NCBI GenBank assembly: GCA_903813345.2
Contig: CAIIXF020000001.1
Span: forward strand, 43,958,001-44,022,000
DNA: 64,000 bases
DNA from: Owenia fusiformis
Taxonomy: Eukaryota
Direction: 5' to 3'
How positions within the stretch are numbered: the stretch's first letter is position 1; each line of letters opens with the position of its first letter. Both the position numbers and the translations under genes were made by a program. Shown here piece by piece: positions 11,480 through 22,096 of the stretch. A model generated the notes under the pieces. It was not told the origin of the DNA, did not search any database, and saw only the letters and a list, made by a program, of their open reading frames with translations.

Positions 11480-12045
11480 CAGTATATGTTTTGAATGATG
11501 TAACGTTACACACACAATTGTTTTATGGTGTACCAATTACAATATATATTTTGAATGATGTAACATTAAACACATGTGTTATGAATGATGTAACATTAAA
11601 CACACAATTGCTTTATGGTGTTACATTACAATATATGTTTTGAATGATGTAATATTACACACAATTGTTTTATGGTGTTACATTACAATATATGTTTTGA
11701 ATGATGTAATATTACACACAATTGTTTTATGGTGTTACATTACAATATATATTTTGAATGATGTAACATTACACATACAATTGTTTTAAGGTGTTACAGT
11801 ACAATATATATTTTGAATGATGTAACATTACACACAATTGTTTTGTGGTGTCATATTACAATATATGTTTTGAATGATGTAATATTACACACAATTGTTT
11901 TGTGGTGTTACAATTCAATATATGTGTTGGATGATGTAACATTACACAAACAATTGTTTTAAGGTGTTACATTACAAATATATGTTTTGAATGATGTAAC
12001 ATTACAGGTACAATTGTTTTATGGTGTTACATTACACATTACACA
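11480..12045. repeat. Minisatellite, ~58-60 bp unit, about 9-10 copies
   Basis: Unit tatatgttttgaatgatgtaacattacacacaattgttttatggtgttacattacaa. Confidence 0.95.
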
Positions 12046-13215
12046 GCTTACACTTTGAAGCACATATATATTCTTTGGTTTTTAAGTTCAGCTGGTTGCG
12101 TCACAGTGCTGAGGTGATGTTTGCATTCTTATTGGTTTTCTTGGTATGAGTGATTGCTGTCATCAATGGTATATAATTATGCTGCTGTGCAGTAATCAAT
12201 AAATAATAACAGTTATCAATATGTATAATATAATCGTCAATAATGGAACATGTTCTTGCTAATGAGGCACATTCAAATATCAAGGAGATTATATGATATG
12301 GTTGATGCCGCAAGGTTCATATGTACATAAGTATTACAATGAGATACATAATACATGTACAGTTAATATACAGAAATTTAGTGTTGGGACAAAATATTGC
12401 AATTATCAAAGATTTTAATAATTACAGTTTTTCATATTTACAGTATGAAAAAAAATAGTACAAATTTGCCTGTTTAAACCAATCCTGTCTCTTATTAGTA
12501 AACCTAATGAGTAACTAACTATGAAGTGTTGTTTAACAGTAATATATTACACAGTATGTGGCATGGCATAGGGCATTAGGGCAATATCACTGACATTAAT
12601 AGAGTTGTGTATGTAGTACCTTGGGAGAATAGCTTGTCATACATTGGCATACATTTCCAGCTAACAACGATTTAATTAAACAACCTCCCGCAAGTAAAAC
12701 TAAGGAAAAGTCATTTTTGTGATGATATATTAAGGTTTGTAGGAATTAGTGAGGGATGTAAGATATTTTCATGATATGAATTATCATTTAAAGAAAAATA
12801 GGTACTTAGATTGAATTCTGAGAGAAAATTGCATTGAATAAAGTGCTGACAATAAATAAAGGCCATGGTAGTCTATTTACACAAGTCTCTAAGATGTTGT
12901 CTTTTGGAAAATCTATAACTCCCAAGATATTAATGCATACACAGTATAGCACCATAATGTATCTATCTCAAAATAGTTTTGTTTGATTGGAAGGTATTAC
13001 ATGCTATAGAATCAATTGCATTACCTGTCGATGCTGCATATGATATTAGATGCCGCAGTTAGATAAGCACAAGCCATATACTGTATGTTAGAGCAGTATT
13101 GAACCTCAGGACATCATCATTGTCAGGGAAAGGACTATTGGAAATTGAATTTCTGGATTCAGTACACAGTCTCTACAGTTGGCGCATATTTCAGGCAGGA
13201 AGAATCCTCGGCAAT

Positions 13216-13239
13216 ATGATGAAAGAAGTGGATAATGAG
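13216..13239 (+). CDS. TXN: Thioredoxin coding exon 1
   Basis: aatATG ATG AAA GAA GTG GAT AAT GAG|gtatgt. Confidence 0.75.
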
Positions 13240-16200
13240 GTATGTTATGTTGTTGATAATGTAGGTGATATTATTGTTTTTATCTGGCTATTCATATCAT
13301 AGACAGAGGTAATACATAAACATTGGTAATTACATTTTTTTTGATAGATTTCTATGACATGGTGAAAAAACATTCAAGATGATTACCACTGTGCTAGTGT
13401 TGTTAATAATGTAGGTTTTTATCTGGCTATTCATATCATAGACAGAGGTAATACCTGCTACACATTGGTAATTACATTTTCCCAGAATTTTTGATAGATT
13501 TCTACGACAGGTGAAAAAAAACATTCAAGATGATACCACTGTGCTGTAAAAACAGTGTGGTTGATTTATTGAGTAGCATCTTTAACATTGAGTGTGTTCA
13601 TGAAGGTGCTGAACTTATATATATAGGTTAATTGCTATTTCATAAAATCGTAGATAGTCTATGGAAGAAGATTTTCTAAAGAGTAATGATTTTTTACTTA
13701 CTACAGGGTGTCAAAAAACGGACCGTAAGAAACTTGAATAATTTAGTCAATTTTGCCTTGAAATTTTAGAATAATTTAGTCCATTCAATGTGAATTTTGT
13801 TCTGAAATGATGTAAGCCCCAATAGCAATTGTTCTTGGAATAAACTTGGAATATTCAGAAAGAAATCCGGATTGAATTGTGGGCAATGTGCATAGAAAGG
13901 AGAGGTGCACATTTGGGGCATGTTTCTGTCTGGAACTTTAGTTTTTGATTTAATAGATTGGGAGGTTATTATCAAGCTTTCACAACAAAACTCACTTTGA
14001 ATGAACTTAATAATTCTGAAATTTCAAGACAAAATATGCAAAATTGAGTTATGCAACTTTCTTACAGTCCTGTTTTTGGACACCCTGTAGTTCACATTGG
14101 GTTAATTTTTAAATATTTCATGTATGTATGTTTTTAATGTGAATGATCAGAAAGTTGGTATGACATCTAGACTGTAATTGGCAAACCGCAAGGCAATGGT
14201 TGTATCAAAAAATGACTTTTGGCATTTTTCTATGTCCTAATTTAGATATTATCAGATTTTATGCCTACATGCAGTCATCATTGGAAGAATGTTTATTGTA
14301 TTGAAATATTTGACAGAAAGCAACCATTATATTGACCTCGTTAACCTATTAAAATGACCTCACCAATACTTTGTAGCAAATACAATGACCTGACCAAACC
14401 AATACAGGTACATATCCAACCAATTTGATGACCTCTTCAAAATATAGTGACATTGCCGTTACAATACATGTAGAACCACTGACCTCGTCATAATTTTATT
14501 TGCAATAGATGTTTCTGATAAATTGTGCCATCTTTTGATCCATCAGAGAAACCACAATATATTGGCAAGTTTGATGATGTCATTGGCTGTAGGTAGCAAT
14601 CTGTCCATGCAAAAATAGTATTACCTTATTGCTAATTTTGAAAAAGTACAACCTATGACCTCATCAAGCCCACCGATATATTGTGGTTTGATCAAAAGAT
14701 GGCATGATTTATCAGAAACATCTATTACACATGACAGGATGTGTCGTATTCTCTAAAATATTTTCTAGGATATGTTCTAATATTGCATGTTCTAGGATGT
14801 TTGTCAATAGCATGTGCTGTTCCTTTTAGGATGTGTTTTATGATCTACTGAGGAAAGCTGGCAACAAACTTGTTGTGGTTGACTTCTGGGCATCCTGGTG
14901 TGGCCCTTGCAAAATGATTGGTCCCCATTTTGAGGTAATGTATAGATTCACAATACTAAATACTGGTGTGCAGTATCCAATAAAATATGATATGAGGTAC
15001 TTTAGAAATGTACATTAGTCATTAAAGTACAACGAGGCCTGTAAGGTGGAACACTTCAAAGTTCCAAGACTATAAGATGAACATCTCCCAAGTGGAAAGC
15101 CTTTTAGAGGTGTTTCTTTGTACATGTATAATACTTGAGTAGGAAAACTGAAAATGAGTGGACTTAAAGGTTGTTTGATTCAATGGACAATTTTGAGATT
15201 ATTTATTTTAATTGTAAATGTAATAATATGTTGGCATAATTAATAAATGATATTTATTTGAACTGAAAGGTAGTATCAGATCCAGTGAGCAACCTTAAGA
15301 AAAAATGTCTAAATTTTTGAACATTTTTGGCTCATATCAATTCTTATATTTTCTAAAAATACCCAGAAGTGCATACATTATTTGAGGAAAACTAAAGATT
15401 TCTACCATACTTGATTCATTATTTATATCAATAATAACAAAGTGAATCTAATTAACTTCACAAATTCATAACACATCATGGATCTTTTGGGAGATATTAT
15501 ATTTTAGATTGTAAGGAATACATCAGTAGGTCAGCTGTACATGTTGCTTGCAATTTTGTAACCCCCTGTTGATCTGATCCTGCCTTTAAATAACATCCAA
15601 TTGCTATGGAAAATAATTGATCCAGAACAGACTTTGGTAGTCTTGCATCAATCTCATCTTTTACCATCCCCCAAAGTCTTTCATACACAGGGACAGAAAA
15701 AAGATAAAGGAAGAACTCATGGCTTGATGTAAGATTTTAGCATATGATATTTCACTAAACATTGCAATAAATGTTCATATTGCAGAAACTGTCAGCTGAT
15801 GAAGAGTTTAAAGATGTTGTATGTATTAAGGTGGAAGCGGAGGTGTGTGAGGTTAGTAATAGAGTTCCTCCTTATACATAATATCCTCTTAATAGAGTAT
15901 GTCAATAACTTAGTACCATTTAATTGATTTTTATGTGAATACCTCACTGATGGCTAAATGGATGACTCCAGGTATTAATTGATTGCTTTTTCTGTCTTCT
16001 GTTATGTCAACCTTTCGTAACAGTTTCATTGTGCAAGTCTCCATGGAGGTTTATTGGGAAAACGGAGTGATACTGAATTTAATCATTAATGTGGCGATAT
16101 ACCTACCTTATATCCTCTTGAAACTTAAAATAAGTCAGTTTTGTTATGCCACAAAGATGTAGAGAATAATTGTAAGAAGTGTATTTTCTTGCCATTGATC

Positions 16201-16842
16201 AACCTATTGTACATGCATACGGTATTGGCTTACTGCAGAGAAAATCACTTGGGTTATCATGTTTCATTAGTGAGGATTAAATCTTCTGAATATATTTCCA
16301 TTTTTAGAGCACCATTGAAGTTGCTTATAGCAAACATTGAGCTTCCCAATAAATTCACTATGGCATTTTCTCATACTGTATTTGCAAGACCAAAAATGAT
16401 GAAAGGAAAATACTTCTTTATCCTCTTGTAATGTTTTTCTTAATAAGGTTATTAAAAAATTTTGTCATCTCGTGTTTTTTTTGTCATGTTGTCCCACTTG
16501 GATTTGAGGGGAGGGAGTGTGGTGTTTTGCACCAAGTCTCTGTCCTCTATCACTAACTAACCTAACCTTGTTAAAGGTAATCCGTAAAGAGGGTAAGGTT
16601 TGACACACAGGGACTTCATCATCATTGAATTCAATAGGCCTATCATAAATATTAATTTTTCTTAGTGAGGTCTTTCCCTTTTAGCTACTGTACTTGTACA
16701 TTTCTAATTCCAGGATTTGGCAGAGGAATATGAAGTCGAATGTATGCCAACATTTGTGTTCATTAAGAAAGGAGAGAAAATAGACACAATGCTAGGAGCC
16801 AATAAGGCCAAGCTTAGAGAGATGATGACACAGTATAAGTGA
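13216..16842 (+). CDS. TXN: Thioredoxin (cytosolic Trx1-like), 107 aa; exons 13216-13239, 14830-14934, 15786-15851, 16714-16842
   Basis: [116 protein letters not shown] and GAN motifs; all introns GT-AG phase 0; 24-nt and 105-nt first exons as recalled for vertebrate TXN. Confidence 0.95.
13252..13546. repeat. Two-copy tandem duplication of ~148 bp at start of TXN intron 1
   Basis: gtttttatctggctattcatatcatagacagaggtaatac...cattcaagatgat(t)accactgtgct repeated. Confidence 0.85.
13704..14087. mobile_element. Tc1/mariner-type MITE in TXN intron 1
   Basis: TA|cagggtgtcaaaaaacggaccgtaagaaa ... tttcttacagtcctgtttttggacaccctg|TA. Confidence 0.85.
14830..14934 (+). CDS. TXN: Thioredoxin exon 2 (WCGPC active site)
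   Basis: ccttttag|GAT...TTTGAG|gtaatg, 105 nt. Confidence 0.96.
15786..15851 (+). CDS. TXN: Thioredoxin exon 3
   Basis: attgcag|AAA...TGTGAG|gttagt, 66 nt. Confidence 0.9.
16714..16842 (+). CDS. TXN: Thioredoxin last coding exon
   Basis: attccag|GAT TTG...TAT AAG TGA. Confidence 0.95.
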   Translation, partial: DLAEEYEVECMPTFVFIKKGEKIDTMLGANKAKLREMMTQYK

Positions 16843-16881
16843 TTGTATAAACAACATGAATTGCATATAGGATGATTCAAT

Positions 16882-17021
16882 CAGGGTGCAAAACAATTCA
16901 TTATTTGTGACAACTGTTGGTGCAATCAAGAGTACGAGTCAGATATTTCCAATCATGCAAGCCTTTCAGTATATAGGAAAATAATGACACCTTGTCCGCA
17001 AACCAATTTTCAAACACCCTG
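16882..17021. mobile_element. Degenerate short Tc1-like MITE in TXN 3'UTR
   Basis: cagggtgcaaaacaatt ... aattttcaaacaccctg|ta; same cagggtg terminus as 13704 element. Confidence 0.45.
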
Positions 17022-17022
17022 T

Positions 17023-17063
17023 ATTAAAAAGATTACATTTTAGTTGTTGTGTTTGTGTTGTTA
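17023..17063 (+). terminator. Probable TXN polyadenylation signal
   Basis: ATTAAA at 17023 followed by a GU-rich tract ttttagttgttgtgtttgtgttgtt. Confidence 0.55.
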
Positions 17064-17211
17064 CATAATGGTAATCTAGTACAGCAAATGGATATATCAT
17101 ATGTACTATTTTTACAATAAGAACACCTCAATGGGATTCAAGATGCATCATTGACTCGTTACACTGTCAAAAGGGATTAGAAAACGATGAAGTTTATCCT
17201 TATGGAATAAT

Positions 17212-17963
17212 AACTAGATAATGGCAACTCCGCGGAGTAGCAAATCCCAACGAACAAAATATCAATTACCGAATTCCAATCAATTATACTCATTACTTTG
17301 GTTAAAATTGAAAAAATTAGATTTTAGAATTGCGAATTCCTGCTAAGCAGCCATTTTGAAATTTCTGAGGTACAAATCTGAAAAATAATACCATAATTGT
17401 GATCTACTCCAAAAATCCTTCAATTTGAGTATAATATAGCCATACTTTGAAGGGATCGAAAAATTATTGCGAAATCGTACATTAGATGGCCATTTTGAAT
17501 TTTACGAGGCTCGAATCAGAAAAAAGATACAATATTTGCAATCTACTCTTAATTGCCTTTCATTTGAGTATAATAAAGCTATACTTCAGAAAGATCTAAA
17601 AATTAGCGAAAATTTCTGTTTTCCTGACCCCCCATACACGGCCCCTGGGGGTCAGGATGAAAAACACTGAATATATGTGAAATAGATAAATGTTGTGAAT
17701 ATACTACCAAAATTTCAAACAATAATATTAATTACTTTGGTTTAGAATGAAAAATTTATGATTTTTGCGAAAAAGTCCCATCATTTTTAAAGCGCCGGCC
17801 ATCTTGAAAATTTTTTTTTTTGCGTAAAACTACTCATCAATATACATCTTTCCACTAAATATGAAGAAAATCCGTCTACTAGTATTTGAGTTATCTTCCG
17901 GACGGACTGACGGACGGAGGGCTTCACTATATCCCTACCGAACTTCGTTCGTTGGGATAATAA
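17212..17963 (-). mobile_element. Helentron/DINE-1-like HINE, family B copy 1
   Basis: SubTIRs atcccaacgaac / gttcgttgggat; (GACG/GACT)n microsatellite; 3' hairpin actcc-gc-ggagt; CTAGT end; near-identical copy at 49790-50587. Confidence 0.85.
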
Positions 17964-18240
17964 TCTTGTTTTGACCGGAGAGTGGTAAAGGTTTCACTGT
18001 GTGAAAATAATTTTGAAGAGTTTAGTGTCACATTTGAATCAACCCCTAATGATGTAATAGTCATATGACTAGAAATTGACATTCTTACAATGTTGTCCCA
18101 AAATTCAGATTGACCTTAAAGAAATTGAACAATAACAATTATTTAATAAAATTAAGTCACTTTCTTATTCCACACAACAAAATGTAATGACCTTTTACCC
18201 CCTCCCCAATTGTAATCAAATACATTATTGGGTGTACAAC

Positions 18241-18386
18241 TAATGCCTTGGTCACATATGCTCCCATCCATCGGCCGGCGCCAGGCGGATTGAGTGTTTT
18301 TTTCGATATTGTATTCAATTTTGAACAAAATACTCAATCGGCCAGGCGCCGTAGTGAAAATCGGAGCAAATGTGACCAAGGCATTA
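18241..18386. mobile_element. Short palindromic MITE (unclassified)
   Basis: taatgccttggtcacatatgctcc ... ggagcaaatgtgaccaaggcatta (23/24 inverted match); inner gattgagt/actcaatc; CpG-rich. Confidence 0.85.
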
Positions 18387-18739
18387 CTGGGCTATAACCT
18401 TAACCTTCAAATAAATGGTAGTATTAATGTAGCAGGCCTAGGTGTTAATTGGAAGGCATTAGCAAATACTTTGTTATCCAGAATCTAGGGATCAAATACC
18501 TTAAATGGGCATTTGAAAAAACAAATTTTACCATGTGTGGTCCTTTTTGAATTGCAAAGGGGTAATCTCAAAGTATAGATGTACAGCAATTAATAATAAT
18601 GATTATATTTGGTGTTGAGAGGATAACAGTTCAAACTTGACCTTGACCCAAATTACATGCTAAATACCTTGTTCTGTGTACAGAAGTAACTGTGTAATAA
18701 ATTGTTGTTATCATGTACAATATATGTTACATAAATAAA

Positions 18740-18796
18740 ATGTGAAATAAACAAAAAAACAAATGTTTTATACATTTCAAATGGTCTCACTTTATT
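18740..18796 (-). terminator. Probable distal SSBP polyadenylation signal (implies ~3.2 kb 3'UTR)
   Basis: Minus-strand AATAAA (tttatt 18791-18796) followed by a U/GU-rich tract (plus-strand acaaaaaaacaaa); no obvious TE between here and the stop codon. Confidence 0.5.
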
Positions 18797-21700
18797 TAAT
18801 GCCCTCTTGCATCTACAGTCTTCACAATACAGAAACATTTTAACAGGGAGGGGCCAACCTTAACAGTGACCTGGATGCAAAATCTATGAAATATTATTAC
18901 GAGTGATCAATGCGACAATGTTTCTAAAATGACTAGGGAACCTATATCGTGATTGAAAAAATAAAAGATGAAGTCAAACTACAAAAAAAGATTATGCATC
19001 CAAGTTTTTGCTCAAGAGTAGCCCCTCTTAAACTAAATGACATAATGTGCCATGTTCTCTAGACATTCACACTGTATATGTACGAGATAATAATATCACC
19101 TTCCAGGTAATGTTTAGTAGTCCGAACATTCTATTTACATCACAGCTTGGGCTACTATAACAAATATGAGAATTCACCTGGTGGCTCTGAATGAAAGAAA
19201 TATAAAATGGACTTTCATAATAAATTATAATTAGCACTTCATTCATAAATATATTGCCTAATTAAATTAGATTTAAGAATTGTCATCATTTTGATTGCAA
19301 ATGTGAAAGGACAAAAATAAAATTTCTAGCTTTGTGAGGCTTCCACATTGTTCAACTGTGTGCACCACCTTTGCAGCTTTCACATCAGTTTGAGTATTCA
19401 AAATAAGGGACATTGAATTTGAAACTTATGCTCATTGATCATACACATTTATATATTGAGAATGCTGCTTTATGGTAATATTATATTATATAAGAATAAC
19501 ATTGCAACTTTTACTTCAATTTTGATATTGCATTCTTAACCAGTGAAAGCAGTTCTGTTTGTGACAACAGTTTATGGTTCTAATTTATTGTTCCTTATTT
19601 CATTTTCAACTATTCCATCAGGATCTTTGAATTAACACATAATTGTAACACAACCATATCATTCAATGATGTGTCACCTTTCTTACAATATGTGGAGATT
19701 CATCCTCCAAACAGGGTTTCTTCCTTCTTCATAAGAGGTACAAATTATGAAACACTGTATGGAGGGTGTAATTCTTTGTATGAGGGAAGAAATAAAATCT
19801 CACAGTTTATCCTATATATTGGAATATAACCACATTTCAAAACTGTCTTTGTTGTAACAAATTACATCTGATAACTGAGTTTAAATACATATACTGTATA
19901 TTATTGAAAAAAAGATGTAGTTTAAACATAAAATGAAAATCATTGTATATTACATACATTTGTTTTATAATTTAACTAATAATGACTGAGCCTACAGTGA
20001 CCAGTTGCTCCTGAGGCAGGTTTGACCAAACTAGGCTTTCAATGAACTGTATATATACATTATGAAGTCAAAATACGAGCAATGAAATGTATTGTGTAAA
20101 AAACTCGCACTCATCTCAAACCTGCCTCTTGAACAAGGGCACGTTTATACACTACATATATGACATTATATTTACGATATATAAATGAGGCAAAATCTGT
20201 ACATATGATACACCAGGAGTCCTGGTCCTGGATATACATAGCCACATGGCAATTTGAGGAGCCAGTGCAGCAAAAAGCACTGCTACCATATATGGCAAGT
20301 TACTCACTCACGCACTACAAACGTGCACTTTGAAAAAGGAAGGACTGAGTACTTCAATATGAAAGCAGTATTCATTGCTACGCCAATTCTGAGACCATGT
20401 TAGTTTACAAAGGAACTGAGTGACTCAGCTCCAAATATACAGTTTTAAATATCTTACACATACTATCTCTCTATTTAGCCACCTTTGTGACCAGCCTCAT
20501 GTTCAATCAACCAATCATATCGCTACCATCCATTCGGTACCCTTAGTGTATACTTGTATATAAAATGATAAGATTTTGCAGTAAAAATATACAAAAGCAT
20601 AAAGAATAGAGAATATACAAAGAGGGTATAAACAAAGAATTTGGATGTCATGTACACAGTAATAATAAATATTAAGCTATATGGTGCGGCTATTCAGATG
20701 TAGACAAATTTCAGGGCAAAAATAACTGAGAGAAAGTAGCATGCTTTTGAAGGTAGAAAGTTTATGGTCTATCCACATTCATCCCTATCTTGATTTCGTT
20801 AATATAGTACATATAAGTTATATAAATAAATTTCAATATATTGCATTTCATGGTGATTGCCTATATCCAGGATAAATATGGATAGATCACAGTCTCCTTC
20901 AGTTTAATAATATCAAACGAGGCATATCATGCGGGTAAAATAGTACCAGCAGAAAGTTGTCCCGAATGAAGAACAGAACAAATACTTAGAAACAAAAATA
21001 CTTGAAAGAGCATTATAAAGATTTAAATGAAAGAAATATCAGCTGAGTTTGTTTGACTGCCCCTTAGAAATCGACTAGTACTGATTGATCAACATCAGGG
21101 CTGCATGGTCTTAAACCATGTTAGCTGGCTAATAGCACTTTGAACGCCCATTGAATAAGTATTGAGATCACATATTTGTTAGTAAGTGATTTTCTGTTTC
21201 AAAATACTTCTTTTATGTTAATTATGCAGACATATGTACATACACATAATCGAATATGTTGGGCATACAATAATTTCTAATTTTCAATGTAAACATTTGC
21301 TTTTTATGAAGGGAAATGCTAAGAGATATTCAAGTGATTTTAACTGTCCAATACCAAGTCTGTTCATCTCCTACAGGAGCGTATATGCTCCTCTTATTGG
21401 CCTTGAAGCTGCGTCATGTTTTATGCATCAGAGCATGGGCTTTCTACAGCTCTAACTGTACAAAATATTGGTCCAAAGTAACCGCTAGTGTAATATCAAA
21501 TACTGACAAGGAACCTCTTGTCAACAATACTTGCAACATTTTATAATACAGGTATAAATAGCCTACATTTTTCTGGCTTGAATAAGTGTTTTGTACTTTG
21601 TAGTAAAGCTGCTGAGGTATTCAATTTCTTAGAAACAGTGCTGTGCATGTCTCAGCAATTTGAAAAACATGTCAGCTATTCTGGATGGTACTATTGGCTG

Positions 21701-21988
21701 CCATGTGAAACTGTTACGCAACCAGCTTACTTTCGGTAACCTTTAACTGAGTGGTGTACACTCTGTGATTATCAACCGAGTTGTGCTGCTTAAAACTCTT
21801 GAATGAGTTTTGCAAACTCTCAGCAACTCTTAACTGTGCACACTCAGCAACTCTAAACTGAGTGTGGTGCACTCAGCAACTCTTTACTGAGCATGGCTCA
21901 TTCATTTCTACATGAGCTTCACTACAAGAATAGTTTAAATATATGGAATAATTTACAAAGTTGTGGGGTGACTGGCGTATATTAGGCT

Positions 21989-22096
21989 TTATTGCATGAA
22001 ACTATAGTCCGGATGATCGTCCACTTTTTCAAATCTTTTTGCTTCTTCCTGCATGCTTTCTTTTATCTTTAGAATTGCAGCTGATTCTGTTTGATC
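21989..22096 (-). CDS. SSBP3: SSBP last coding exon ([24 protein letters not shown]...FMQ*)
   Basis: Minus strand gtgttccag|GAT...CAA TAA, 108 nt. Confidence 0.88.
   Translation of the reverse strand, partial: DQTESAAILKIKESMQEEAKRFEKVDDHPDYSFMQ

Noticed and set aside
11480..12045. CRISPR-like appearance of regular palindromic repeats (also the 40.1, 44.8 and 52-55.8 kb arrays)
   Set aside because: Units are contiguous with no unique spacers, there are no cas genes, and the context is eukaryotic
14833..15018. ORF-track 61-aa thioredoxin fragment as a truncated gene or pseudogene
   Set aside because: It is exon 2 running into the intron; the full four-exon gene is intact
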